The notes under the pieces were generated by a model. It searched no databases. It was not told where the DNA came from and was given only the letters and a program-made list of their open reading frames with translations. From Deltaproteobacteria bacterium (GTDB taxonomy: Bacteria; Myxococcota_A; Polyangia; Polyangiales; Houyiibacteriaceae), in assembly GCA_034670305.1 (NCBI GenBank), contig JAXMNT010000068.1:1-36679 (forward strand): a DNA stretch of 36,679 nt. Reading direction: 5' to 3'. This document shows, one piece after another, positions 36,553 to 36,679 of this stretch. How positions within the stretch are numbered: position 1 is the stretch's first letter; every line of letters starts with the position of its first letter. The position numbers were made by a program, and so were the translations under genes.

Positions 36553-36679
36553 GTACGTCCTCTCCCCATCCCGTGGTGACGCGAGCGCCTAGCGATGGCC
36601 ATCTCGGCGGCCGGAGGCCGATATGGACACTCAAGATCTACGTGACGAGGTGGCGCGTGCAGGGACCGACGAAGGACGG

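Overview
High-GC DNA with myxobacterial (Polyangiales-like) hallmarks: a MYXO-CTERM protein, Cys/Asp-rich CGDDD lipoproteins and hexamer tandem repeats. About 29 real CDSs are supported; most other long ORFs in the track are antisense or off-frame shadows. Main highlights: (1) a uracil-DNA-glycosylase-fold domain fused to an R-S-E ADP-ribosyltransferase (1614-3170), a candidate sensor-effector defence or DNA-modifying protein. (2) A translationally coupled 10-gene minus-strand operon (22374-34020) encoding two B12-radical SAM enzymes, two GNAT-like proteins, a GH3 ligase, a Rieske oxygenase, a desaturase, a PAP2/squalene-synthase-like fusion and two exported SnoaL-like proteins, which looks like an uncharacterised lipid or small-molecule pathway. 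(3) That operon and an LplT/acyltransferase gene 25 kb away share the same sigma54 promoter architecture and a TGTACA-N5-TGTACA-like site, which also sits beside a local sigma54 activator gene, suggesting one regulon. (4) A RAYT/Y1 transposase inside ~210-bp structured inverted repeats, and a four-helix-bundle gene with a hairpin-rich upstream region between hexamer arrays. All functional calls come from motif recognition only; no database searches or folding programs were run.
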